From an uncultured Planctomycetaceae bacterium (lineage in GTDB: Bacteria > Planctomycetota > Phycisphaerae > SM23-33): DNA of 64,000 nt. Numbering within the stretch: the first letter of the stretch is position 1; each line of letters begins with the position of its first letter. The stretch lies in assembly GCA_964401835.1 (NCBI GenBank), contig CAYNZP010000008.1, forward strand, positions 37,899 through 101,898, read 5' to 3'. The translations under genes and the position numbers were made by a program. The notes below the pieces were generated by a model. That model was not told the origin of the DNA. It ran no database searches and saw only the letters and a list, made by a program, of their open reading frames with translations. Positions 37,639 through 46,656 of the stretch are shown piece after piece.

Positions 37639-37920
37639 ATGAAGGATATGCAAAATATAACGATTGTTCTTCTGCTGGTAACTGCGGCAATTCTTTCTGC
37701 CGTGCTTATTACCTCTTACGCCACCAAGCCCGCTTTTGCTGAGGCATCCGTTAAGGGTGGGGATTATGTAATGGTCGCAGGAGCCTATGAGTCATCAACG
37801 GACTTCATTTATGTAATGGATGTTGCCTCACAACGAATGAATGTTTATTTTGCCAACGCGCAACGCAAAGAAGTTGAGCTTATTCAATCCGTTGATATCG
37901 CACAGGCTTTTGGCGAGTAA
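37639..37920 (+). CDS. Small N-terminally anchored protein, paralog B (93 aa)
   Basis: GGAG RBS 8 nt upstream, one TM helix, then the domain KGGDYVMVAGAYESSTDFIYVMDVASQRMNVYF. It shares the GGxDYxMxxG ... YVxD ... RM ... F pattern with paralog A. Confidence 0.55.
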   Translation: MKDMQNITIVLLLVTAAILSAVLITSYATKPAFAEASVKGGDYVMVAGAYESSTDFIYVMDVASQRMNVYFANAQRKEVELIQSVDIAQAFGE

Positions 37921-37930
37921 ATTTTACGCA

Positions 37931-38995
37931 GTGGACGATTATACAGAATCATTTGCAAACCGCGTACTAAACGGCGAAAAGCTCAGCAGGGCGGAGCTAT
38001 TAAGCCTTGCAGAGTCATCCCAGGAAAACCCCTTTGATTTGCTCTATTGGGCAAACCGTATCCGCACAGAGAATTTCGGCCGGGCTGTAAAGCTCTGCTC
38101 GATAGTCGCAGGCAAAACAGGTGCATGCAGCGAAGATTGCAAATGGTGTGCTCAATCCGCCAAATATGAAACACCTGGCTCACCATGTTGTTCAGGAGCG
38201 TCTAATTCACCTGCAAGAACAGAAGTCGAAGCTATCAAACAGGCTGCCAAGGAAGCTTCGCAAGCAGGCGCAGCGAGCATCGGTATAGTAAACTCAGGTA
38301 GAAAGCCATCTGAAAAAGATATTAATGACGCTGTCGATGCAGCACAACTCGTAACGTCCGATAATATGTGCGGGGATTTACAGATGTGTGCATCTCTGGG
38401 GGAACTGGATGACCAAACTGCCCAGAAATTGGTAGCCGCCGGTTTTACCCGATACAACCATAACCTGGAAACCTCAAAGGCATTTTATCCCAAGATGGTT
38501 ACAACGCACAAATATGAAGACCGGATCAATTGCCTGAAAACGGCAAAAAAGGCCGGCCTGAGTATTTGCTGCGGGGGAATTTTTGGTCTGGGCGAAACAT
38601 GGCAGGATCGCATAGATTTGGCTATCACTTTGCGGGATGAAATCGGCCCGGCAGTTGTACCCTTAAACTTTTTACATCCAATTGAAGGGACGCCGCTAGA
38701 AACAAACAAACCCCTCGAACCAATGGAAATCCTCCGAATCATCGCTGTTTTCCGATTTGCCTTGCCATACGTTGACATCAAAATAGCCGGTGGCCGCGAG
38801 AAAAATCTGGGCGATCTCCAAAGCTGGATCTTTTATGCAGGCGGTACAAGCTTTCTAATAGGGAATTACCTTACGACAATAGGTAGGCCGCCAGAAGATG
38901 ATTTAAGGATGATTTCAGACCTTGGCTTAGAGATTGTAAGGAAATTGCCACAAAAACCCTCCAAAACACCTAAAAATCAACAAAATCTACCCTAA
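37931..38995 (+). CDS. bioB: Biotin synthase
   Basis: GACSEDCKWCAQS radical SAM motif, YNHNLETS, CCGGIFGLGET. Start is uncertain; a GTG at 37931 lies just after the upstream stop. Atypical insertion TPGSPCCSGAS after the cluster motif. Confidence 0.8.
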   Translation: MDDYTESFANRVLNGEKLSRAELLSLAESSQENPFDLLYWANRIRTENFGRAVKLCSIVAGKTGACSEDCKWCAQSAKYETPGSPCCSGASNSPARTEVEAIKQAAKEASQAGAASIGIVNSGRKPSEKDINDAVDAAQLVTSDNMCGDLQMCASLGELDDQTAQKLVAAGFTRYNHNLETSKAFYPKMVTTHKYEDRINCLKTAKKAGLSICCGGIFGLGETWQDRIDLAITLRDEIGPAVVPLNFLHPIEGTPLETNKPLEPMEILRIIAVFRFALPYVDIKIAGGREKNLGDLQSWIFYAGGTSFLIGNYLTTIGRPPEDDLRMISDLGLEIVRKLPQKPSKTPKNQQNLP

Positions 38996-39283
38996 GTCTT
39001 TTAAATGTAATTAGTTGCCCTTATTTATCGCCTCATCCGTAAAGTCACATAACATATATTATCGGACTCTTTGGGCAGGCGAGAAATCAAACCACTTGAA
39101 ATTCAGGGCTTTATCCAGCGGTAGCTTTGTAGCAATTCCCAGCCCTCAAACCAGCATCAACATATACGCAACTTCTTTATCAAAAAGATGTTAGGATACT
39201 AAGGTTTCTTTCTGAGCCTACTTCATAACACTAACTCCAGGCTTAAGTTGCCTTCAACAGCTTTCAATCGTTAGTTTTACGAA

Positions 39284-39312
39284 TTGACAGATTTGGGGGT
39301 TTGATTTATAAT
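39284..39312 (+). promoter_or_regulatory. Consensus sigma70 promoter driving the PEP-CTERM protein gene
   Basis: Exact TTGACA - 17 nt - TATAAT. It leaves a 5' UTR of about 215 nt before the ATG at 39534, which has a GGAGGAG RBS. Confidence 0.6.
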
Positions 39313-39533
39313 TTTGTGAATGGAGGAGCTGCTTTTAGGACCTATGCTCAGGGACCTGATTGTTTGTACGAATTGCTCAAGTACAAATAAAACCTCAGCT
39401 CAAAACTCCTGATTATTTAGTATTTTTTTGCTCAGACTTACATGCAGGATGTTTGTAACGCCCTTCGCTCAAAATTAGGGATTTAAGAAGCTGGTGCTTC
39501 AGAAGCGCCAGACAGGATTTGGAGGAGTTAAAT

Positions 39534-41063
39534 ATGGTTTCCTCACGGCTCGGTGAGGTGTTGGTTGTCTCGCTCGCAACTTTTGCTCTGCTGGCTGGAA
39601 ACGCCCTTTCAGCTACTGTGCCCCCAACACCCAGCACGGATTTCAGGGATTTACGCGATGGTTATGTCAGAACCTGGTATATCTACAATGACAGCTCCGG
39701 CGGCGGACCTGCTGATGGTGTGCTTAAACCCGGAGATACCCGGATTGAAACATTCCAGAACTGGTGGACCCCGGTCTCTGCCCACACTCAACATAACTAC
39801 GTGCGGTCTGTTCCTGGTCAAAATGGACCGCAACAGGCGATACCAGGCTATGACATGTATGGTGACTGCCCGTCGGCTCCGATGAATTTCGCTACTTTTA
39901 CGCTTCCTGCGGGCGATCCGAACAAAAACAATGCTGACTATAACTACTGGCTGCCGGAACGTGAAAATTCCATCCGCTTCTATATGACATACAGCCAACT
40001 GGATAACAACGATTCCGCGACCTACTATGAACCCGGCAATCCAGGCTACGAGGAGTTGGAGCGAGCTGGCAATGGCACGGTAGACGAAGACTTACGTCTT
40101 CTTCTCAAGCAGCGTAATATGGAACGTAATGGCTGGGCTCTCGGCTGGGTTGATAACGGCATAAACAAGGCTGCTCATGAAGCGAATCCTGGATTAATTG
40201 CCGGTAACATTGAAATGGCTATTTACGTTCATGAAGGTGCCCACGATATAAATTTAGCCGGATGGGGCGACTCCAGGTCCAACCCTCAGGTCGCAATGTC
40301 CAATGATATCGATTACAGCGCAGGCTATACCAACCTGGTTGGAACTCAGTGGCATCCTCCGCAGTATGATGAGGTAACGCAATCTTATAACGCCGGCACC
40401 CCTGTAAACCAGGCATATATGGCTTCAATTGACGATGGCAGTGCCAACTTTAACACTATCGTCAATTCCATGGAAATCAACGAACACGATCCAGACGATA
40501 TGCCCGCCCTTTCATGGCTGAGAGATTTGCCGGGGAATATTCAGAATAATGCTGCACTTAACGATCCGGACGGAAACCCCTATCAGTATGAAGACGGCTT
40601 TACTGATCTTTCGACGTACACGATCGGCAGCAGTGACGGCGGGGTTATTTCCGGTCTTGGCGGTTATGACGAGTACGACCCTGAGAACCCGGAAACGACA
40701 TGGCATAATCAGCAGGTAATCCGAATTGATATCTCCGAGAAAACCCTGCTAGATTATATCGAGAGCAGCGGCGGTGAAATCGACCATATTATCTTCTATG
40801 ACTTCATAAATGATGGAAACGGCCAGATTAATCCCCGTGAAATAGTATTCGGTGTGAATACCTCAAGAAGCGTCACTGACGGGCAGATATTTTACGATCC
40901 AGGTGATCCCTCGAATCCTGACCCGCTGGGTGAAAACCTGGTTTATTTCCAGGACAACCGAATTTACATTGCCCAGGTAGACATAGCGCCAGAGCCTGCG
41001 ACGATGGTACTGCTTGGCCTTGGCAGCATAACGGTTATCGCACGCAGGAGACGCAAGAGATAA
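39534..41063 (+). CDS. PEP-CTERM sorting-domain secreted protein (510 aa)
   Basis: Signal peptide and a Gly/Asn/Asp/Tyr-rich body. C-terminal APEPATMVLLGLGSITVIARRRRKR is a PEP-CTERM anchor. Confidence 0.75.
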   Translation: MVSSRLGEVLVVSLATFALLAGNALSATVPPTPSTDFRDLRDGYVRTWYIYNDSSGGGPADGVLKPGDTRIETFQNWWTPVSAHTQHNYVRSVPGQNGPQQAIPGYDMYGDCPSAPMNFATFTLPAGDPNKNNADYNYWLPERENSIRFYMTYSQLDNNDSATYYEPGNPGYEELERAGNGTVDEDLRLLLKQRNMERNGWALGWVDNGINKAAHEANPGLIAGNIEMAIYVHEGAHDINLAGWGDSRSNPQVAMSNDIDYSAGYTNLVGTQWHPPQYDEVTQSYNAGTPVNQAYMASIDDGSANFNTIVNSMEINEHDPDDMPALSWLRDLPGNIQNNAALNDPDGNPYQYEDGFTDLSTYTIGSSDGGVISGLGGYDEYDPENPETTWHNQQVIRIDISEKTLLDYIESSGGEIDHIIFYDFINDGNGQINPREIVFGVNTSRSVTDGQIFYDPGDPSNPDPLGENLVYFQDNRIYIAQVDIAPEPATMVLLGLGSITVIARRRRKR

Positions 41064-41087
41064 TCCCGCATCAGCTCAGAAAAACAA

Positions 41088-41127
41088 AAGCCCGCGAAAT
41101 TGTTAACATTTTTTCGCGGGCTTTTTT
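41088..41127. terminator. Bidirectional rho-independent terminator
   Basis: AAAGCCCGCGAAA ... TTTCGCGGGCTTTTTT hairpin between convergent genes. Confidence 0.6.
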
Positions 41128-41144
41128 ATTATCAGTTACAAAAT

Positions 41145-41885
41145 TTACTTCGATTGCTTCTTGCCTGCTTTTCTCAGCCTACCAACTTCAGCAAAACTAA
41201 GGCAGCGGTTACTGCCAACCTTCAGGCCCCTATCTGTGATAGGACCTATAGCAGTTCTTTTGAGCTTTCTGACCTTATGGCCAAGCCCGGCCAGGATTCG
41301 CCGAATTTCACGGTTTCTTCCCTCTGTAAGTTTTATCTCAAGAAGGCTTCGAGCAGGCCCGCGTTTGATTATCTTAACCTTGGCGTTTTGTGTTCGCTTG
41401 CCGTCGAGATAGACGCCCTGCTTAAGTTTTGTGATATCTTCGCTAACCACCCGCCCGTCAACTTCAACGACATATGTCTTTTCCACACAGTAACGCGGAT
41501 GCGTAAGATACTCTGTCAGATCGCCGTCATTCGTAATGATAATCAGACCTGTACTATCCTCGTCCAGCCGCCCCACGCAATAAACTCTTTTGCCTACGTG
41601 TCCAACCAGGTCAACCGCCCGAGGCCGTCCAAGAGGATCGCTCTGTGTGCAGATTACACCCTTTGGTTTGTTGAGTAAGAAATAAATCTTCTTCTCGGTT
41701 CTTGGCTTTTTAATATACCGGCCATCGACCATGATTTTGTCGCTGTCAGGATCAACAAAACACGGCAGGTCGACAATTAGCTTCCCGTTTACACTGACCC
41801 GCCCTTCCAGGATCATTTCCTCAACAGCCCTGCGAGATGCCACACCAAGTTCGGCTAGATGTTTTTGTACCCGTACCTTTGCCAT
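41145..41885 (-). CDS. Pseudouridine synthase, RsuA/RluB family
   Basis: N-terminal S4 domain (RVQKHLAELGVASRR) and catalytic VGRLDEDSTGLIIITNDG. Confidence 0.8.
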   Translation of the reverse strand: MAKVRVQKHLAELGVASRRAVEEMILEGRVSVNGKLIVDLPCFVDPDSDKIMVDGRYIKKPRTEKKIYFLLNKPKGVICTQSDPLGRPRAVDLVGHVGKRVYCVGRLDEDSTGLIIITNDGDLTEYLTHPRYCVEKTYVVEVDGRVVSEDITKLKQGVYLDGKRTQNAKVKIIKRGPARSLLEIKLTEGRNREIRRILAGLGHKVRKLKRTAIGPITDRGLKVGSNRCLSFAEVGRLRKAGKKQSK

Positions 41886-41890
41886 CTGGG

Positions 41891-42844
41891 TCAGTTCTCC
41901 GGAAGCGTAACTTCAAGCCAACTCGCATCGCCGGCTGAGACAAATTTAGACTCTTTTAACGCGGCTGGCAGCAATACGGTATCACCAGCTTGCACGGCTG
42001 TGACTGGTTCGTCGCCCTCATGGTGGATTTCAGCGCCCTCGCAGGAAAGCATCATCATAGCTGAACACCTTCCAGCTGGAAGATCGAAAGTTTCACCAGC
42101 TTTTGAATTGCGCCTGGACACTGTGAAAAAGTCCGTTCGCAAAAGAATATCGCCCGACGCGCCCGGCCTTTCGTCACTGGCAGGAGCAAAATGAATACAG
42201 CGCATAGACATATCGACGTGAATCTCCCGTCCCCTGCCCCAATCCGTAACGCGGTAGGTCGTATCAGAAGGCGTTTGTATCTCGGCAATAACAATACCCG
42301 CACCATACGCGTGAACAGTTCCAGCAGGGACGTAATGAAAATCGCCAGTGGTAACATCATAGCGTTTTACGAGCTGTTCAACGGTGTTATCTTCAATTGC
42401 CTGGCGGAATTTTTCGGGCTGCGTCGCCTGCTTTAGCCCCTTGTAAATATACCCTCCCCTGCTTTCGACGATATAAAGACATTCTGTCTTAAGGGCTGCA
42501 TCAGGGCCGATGTCCTTGACGGCTTGTTCGTCAGGGTGCACCTGGAGTGAAAGGATATCATTGGCGTCCAGCAGTTTAAGCAGTAATGGAAAACGGCCAT
42601 TCTCCAGGGCCTTGGCCTTTCCAAGTAAATCTGGGCCAAGTTTTTGAGTAAGTTCGGTAATCGTCGAGCCTTTCTGGGGACCGTTTGCGACAATGCTTGT
42701 GCCTTCAGCTAAATCCGAGATTTCCCAACTTTCCCCGATTTTTTTTTCTGCCGGCAACTCACGGCCAAAAAGCCTCTCAAGATTTCGCCCGCCCCAAATC
42801 TTTTCTTTGTAAATCGGTTCAAATTTAAATGGATAAAGTTTCAT
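41891..42844 (-). CDS. manA: Type I phosphomannose isomerase (ManA-like cupin)
   Basis: MKLYPFKFEPIYKEKIWGG start, QVHPDE and HAYGAG zinc-ligand motifs. Track ORF has 32 extra N-terminal codons. Confidence 0.7.
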   Translation of the reverse strand: MKLYPFKFEPIYKEKIWGGRNLERLFGRELPAEKKIGESWEISDLAEGTSIVANGPQKGSTITELTQKLGPDLLGKAKALENGRFPLLLKLLDANDILSLQVHPDEQAVKDIGPDAALKTECLYIVESRGGYIYKGLKQATQPEKFRQAIEDNTVEQLVKRYDVTTGDFHYVPAGTVHAYGAGIVIAEIQTPSDTTYRVTDWGRGREIHVDMSMRCIHFAPASDERPGASGDILLRTDFFTVSRRNSKAGETFDLPAGRCSAMMMLSCEGAEIHHEGDEPVTAVQAGDTVLLPAALKESKFVSAGDASWLEVTLPEN

Positions 42845-42928
42845 TTCTATCGCTGCCTTGATATCCTGAGTTAATTCGTGTAATTCGATAAAAATTAGCG
42901 TGATTCGTATCAATAGAAAGGTAACTAA

Positions 42929-43279
42929 ATGTCTGAACAAAAGCCAACCATAACATACGAAGATTTCTTAAAGCTTGATTTAAGAGTAGCCAAGGTCGTG
43001 GAAGTTGGCGATCATCCCAACGCCGACAAGCTCCTCTGTCTGAAAATAGACCTGGGTGGCCAGCAGCGGCAGATTATCGCCGGGCTCAAGGAATACTGCA
43101 GCCATGAATCACTACTTGGAAAAAATATCATTGTCGTAACCAATCTCGAACCGCGAAAGATGCGAGGCCTGGAATCCAACGGGATGCTTTTGGCGGCTTC
43201 CTATGGTGAGGAAGACCAGCGAAACGTTGTTGTCTTGACTGCTGACATTGAAACACCAGCAGGTGCTGAGGTAGGATAG
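42929..43279 (+). CDS. csaA: tRNA-binding protein CsaA/Trbp111 family
   Basis: DLRVAKVVEV ... HPNADKL ... VVTNLEPRKMRGLESNGMLLAA OB-fold tRNA-binding domain. Confidence 0.7.
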   Translation: MSEQKPTITYEDFLKLDLRVAKVVEVGDHPNADKLLCLKIDLGGQQRQIIAGLKEYCSHESLLGKNIIVVTNLEPRKMRGLESNGMLLAASYGEEDQRNVVVLTADIETPAGAEVG

Positions 43280-43639
43280 TTTCTGAGATATCTTCAATAA
43301 TCCTGTAAGTCCATTTTTGGCAAAACAATGGGTATGATTTCCCGGACGCCATGCATGATTGGGAAATTATGCCCATTTTGCAAAACTCAGAAAATCACAA
43401 ACCTCCCTTCGAGCATTTTCTATAATTTCTTAGGCCTTTTATTTACAAGTACATAAACCCAGATGGTTGAATTTCGATTCATTCCCCATTTACAAATGGC
43501 GCGGGCAGTGCATCTTGGAGGGTTGAGGTATTGGGTAAATTTAAAACCTGTTCGCCCTAAGCCTGTACGCCACGGAGGGTGGCCAAACGAGGTCGCTACG
43601 TTGTAGTAAGTTGATGAAATTTACTATGGCGTTGCGGCC

Positions 43640-44812
43640 TTAGGCTTTGCTGAGTTCCTTCAATATTAGCTCAGCTGCATTATCGGAAGCTTTTGCGGGC
43701 GGCTTGACGTGAAGGGGTTTGACAACCTCGAGCAACTCCTGCCTTGCCTGGTTTAGCCATCCAAAATCACAAATTACTTCCATGACAATATCTTTAAGTT
43801 TTTTATAGTTTCCGTGCCATGGCATCAATTCAGGCACCAATCGCTTCCCCGCCAGAATGTTAACCAGCGAAAGGTTCGGAGTGCTAAACATCCAACGCCT
43901 TGTGAGGTAATATAAATAGCCCGTCAAGCCAGTACGATAAAGAACAACCATAGGAACGCCAAAATGGGCTACCTCAAGTGTTACAGTACCGCTGGCGGCG
44001 ATAGCAAAATGCGAGTCAGCAAGGACCTCCCTTGCTGGCGCGATTTTTATTTCTATCTGGTCGGGAATTTCTTCGATTGTAGATACAATCAGCTTGCGAA
44101 TCTTCTCGGCGGTCTCTTCGTCCCTGGCAACAAAAACACATCTGGCTTTGTTCCACTTGCGGCAAATCTTTTTTGCAATTTTGGCAAATGCAGGAGTATG
44201 CCCGGAAATTTCGCTCTGCCTGCTTCCAGGCAGGAGGGCAACCCTCCACAAGCCCTCACTCCACGCCTCGGCCAAGTCGGGCAGCGGCTGCTTCGCTGGC
44301 GGCATGAAGTCGAAAAGTGGATGACCTACATACGTAGCGTTTACCCCCCTGTCTCGCAGATATCTCTGTTCAAATGGCAATATGCATGCCACATGGTCAG
44401 TCAGTCTGGCAAGCTTTCGCACACGCCACGGAGCCCATGCCCACACCTGTGGAGCAACGTAATAGACAACCTTTATTCCGATGCTTTTGGCAGTAGCCGC
44501 TAAATGCCAGTTAAGAGCCGGTGAATCTACAGGAATGAAGACATCCGGCTTAATCTCGCGTATTTGCCTTTGGAGCCGCCTGAGAGTCCTTACGTAATAA
44601 CCGAGCCGAAGCAACGGGCCGCCTAACATGCTCGCCTTTTTGGAAAGGTCGGCCAACACCTCACAGCCGGCAGCTGCCATCTTTTCTCCAGCAACACCGA
44701 CAAAACGGACATCGCCAAGTTTTTCGCGAATGGAGCGAATCAGATGCGCAGCGTGCAAATCTCCGCTCGGTTCGGCAGCTGAGATGAAAATTGTTATCGG
44801 CTTATTACTCAT
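43640..44812 (-). CDS. lpxB: Lipid-A-disaccharide synthase
   Basis: ITIFISAAEPSGDLHAAHLIRSI, VDSPALN and YVAPQVWAW match LpxB. Confidence 0.85.
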   Translation of the reverse strand: MSNKPITIFISAAEPSGDLHAAHLIRSIREKLGDVRFVGVAGEKMAAAGCEVLADLSKKASMLGGPLLRLGYYVRTLRRLQRQIREIKPDVFIPVDSPALNWHLAATAKSIGIKVVYYVAPQVWAWAPWRVRKLARLTDHVACILPFEQRYLRDRGVNATYVGHPLFDFMPPAKQPLPDLAEAWSEGLWRVALLPGSRQSEISGHTPAFAKIAKKICRKWNKARCVFVARDEETAEKIRKLIVSTIEEIPDQIEIKIAPAREVLADSHFAIAASGTVTLEVAHFGVPMVVLYRTGLTGYLYYLTRRWMFSTPNLSLVNILAGKRLVPELMPWHGNYKKLKDIVMEVICDFGWLNQARQELLEVVKPLHVKPPAKASDNAAELILKELSKA

Positions 44813-44844
44813 TTATTTTGGCGAAGATGTTTTGCTGATAATTT

Positions 44845-45258
44845 TCAGTCTCCGATGCCGATCGCCCCACCGACAGATTCGTCAGAACCGATGGCGGATG
44901 CAATGGCATGGGTTTCAATGTGGCTTATGGAAATAATAATTCCAGATAATCCCAGTTCGTCGGCTATTTCGCGGCTTCGGCCTGTAAGACGTACTATTGG
45001 TTGGCCCGAAGGTTTGTTAAGTATTTCAATATCATTCCAACTGATGCCGTTCTTCCAGCCGGTACCAAGGACCTTCAATACGGCCTCCTTGGCTGCAAAC
45101 CGCCCGGCAAGATGTTCGATCTGGCGTTTCCGCCCCATGCAGTATTCCAGCTCTTTGGGCGTAAAGACCCGATCCAGAAACTTTTGGCCGTGCTTGTCGA
45201 TGGATTGTGACAAACGGGCACAATCAACCATATCAATTCCGTGCGCTATTACGTTCAT
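44845..45258 (-). CDS. acpS: Holo-ACP synthase (4'-phosphopantetheinyl transferase)
   Basis: MNVIAHGIDMVDCARL aligns with MAILGLGTDIVEIARI of AcpS; FAAKEAVLKVLGTG. Confidence 0.85.
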   Translation of the reverse strand: MNVIAHGIDMVDCARLSQSIDKHGQKFLDRVFTPKELEYCMGRKRQIEHLAGRFAAKEAVLKVLGTGWKNGISWNDIEILNKPSGQPIVRLTGRSREIADELGLSGIIISISHIETHAIASAIGSDESVGGAIGIGD

Positions 45259-45300
45259 AGGCCAGCATCATAATTGCAATTGCGCCTAACGCAAAGCCTT

Positions 45301-45579
45301 TTACCTATCTCCAGCCGCTTCATCCAAAATATTCCTGATTTCAGGCTTAATGAACATCTCTTCCAATTCAATCCGCCCTACCAATGCCAAAGCCACCACC
45401 GATATCTGATCGCTCACCGAAGCGCCGGTATCGAGAAAAATAATCTCCTTGCCCTTAAATTTGACTAGCGATCCGCCGGGATTCGACTGGCCATCAATAG
45501 CCGCCGGTGCCCTTCGAATGGGTATATCGAGCGTTTCGGCAAGTTGGATAAGAGCCGATAATTTTTTGAAGTCATCCAT
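45301..45579 (-). CDS. Hypothetical protein (92 aa)
   Basis: Only ORF of plausible composition in this gap. Co-oriented upstream of acpS-lpxB. No recognisable motif. Confidence 0.3.
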   Translation of the reverse strand: MDDFKKLSALIQLAETLDIPIRRAPAAIDGQSNPGGSLVKFKGKEIIFLDTGASVSDQISVVALALVGRIELEEMFIKPEIRNILDEAAGDR

Positions 45580-45641
45580 CGATAAGACAAGCCTTCAAGA
45601 TAAGTTGCCCAAAAAGCCGATTATAAAAGTGAAGCTGGAGT

Positions 45642-46469
45642 ATGTTTAAATACCGGAACATACGACTTTTATCAATAGGATCTAACGTGTTAAAAACTGC
45701 CGAAAAAACAAAAAAGGAAAATCACGAACAAAAGCTGGAAAACCTGCAGGCTGAGGTCGAAGCACTCAAAGAGCAGCTGCGCCGTTCACAAAGACTGGCA
45801 ACTGTCGGAACGATGACGGCAATGGTAGCCCATGAGTTCAACAACATCCTTACACCGATAATCAACTATGCGCAACTGGCTCGCAGCAACCCCGATCTTA
45901 TTGAAAAGGCAATTTCCAGGGCAGCCGACGGCGGGCAGCGGGCAACGAACATCTGCAACGCGATTTTGAATATGACGCGAAACGCGCCCACTGAACCCGT
46001 TGAAATAAACATCAAGGAACTTATATCAGACACAATCTCAGCAATGGCAAGGGATCCAAAGTCTGATGCTATAGAACTGACCATTGATTCCCCTGACGAT
46101 CTCGTCATAACTACACGCCGAGTGGAGCTTCAGCAGGTATTGCTTAACCTCCTGATAAATGCCCGCGCTGCCGTATTGGCCAAAAACGGCCCCAGAAGCA
46201 TCAATATCTCCGCAACAAAAACGAAGGGTTCCATAGAAGTATGCATAAGTGATAATGGAATCGGAATCGGTCCGGAAAACCTGAAGAAAATATTCCAGCC
46301 GTTCTTCACCACAAAAGCTTCCGAAACTGGAGATTCCAAAGGTAGCGGCCTCGGCCTCGCCGTCTGCAAAGAAATTCTGACAGCTCTCAGAGGAGACATT
46401 GACGTCGAAAGCAAACCCGACCAGGGCACGACCTTCATTATCAACCTTCCAGCTGAATGGCCCGAATGA
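45642..46469 (+). CDS. Cytoplasmic sensor histidine kinase
   Basis: Coiled-coil N-terminus, HisKA H-box (MVAHEFNNILTPI), HATPase_c N, G1, G2 boxes. No TM segment. Confidence 0.75.
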   Translation: MFKYRNIRLLSIGSNVLKTAEKTKKENHEQKLENLQAEVEALKEQLRRSQRLATVGTMTAMVAHEFNNILTPIINYAQLARSNPDLIEKAISRAADGGQRATNICNAILNMTRNAPTEPVEINIKELISDTISAMARDPKSDAIELTIDSPDDLVITTRRVELQQVLLNLLINARAAVLAKNGPRSINISATKTKGSIEVCISDNGIGIGPENLKKIFQPFFTTKASETGDSKGSGLGLAVCKEILTALRGDIDVESKPDQGTTFIINLPAEWPE

Positions 46470-46656
46470 TTTCAATTTCAACCCTCTCGCACAGCCATTT
46501 CTTACGTTAAGGGCAGATTATCCCGCAGTTTATCCGTCCAACCGGGCATTAGCCCCCTAACGCTTATTGACATGCTCCCTGCAAAATGCTAACGTCCTGA
46601 GAATAATTTAGGGCACCAAAAAAGGATTGCCGACTTCTGAGCGTAAGGAGCATGTC

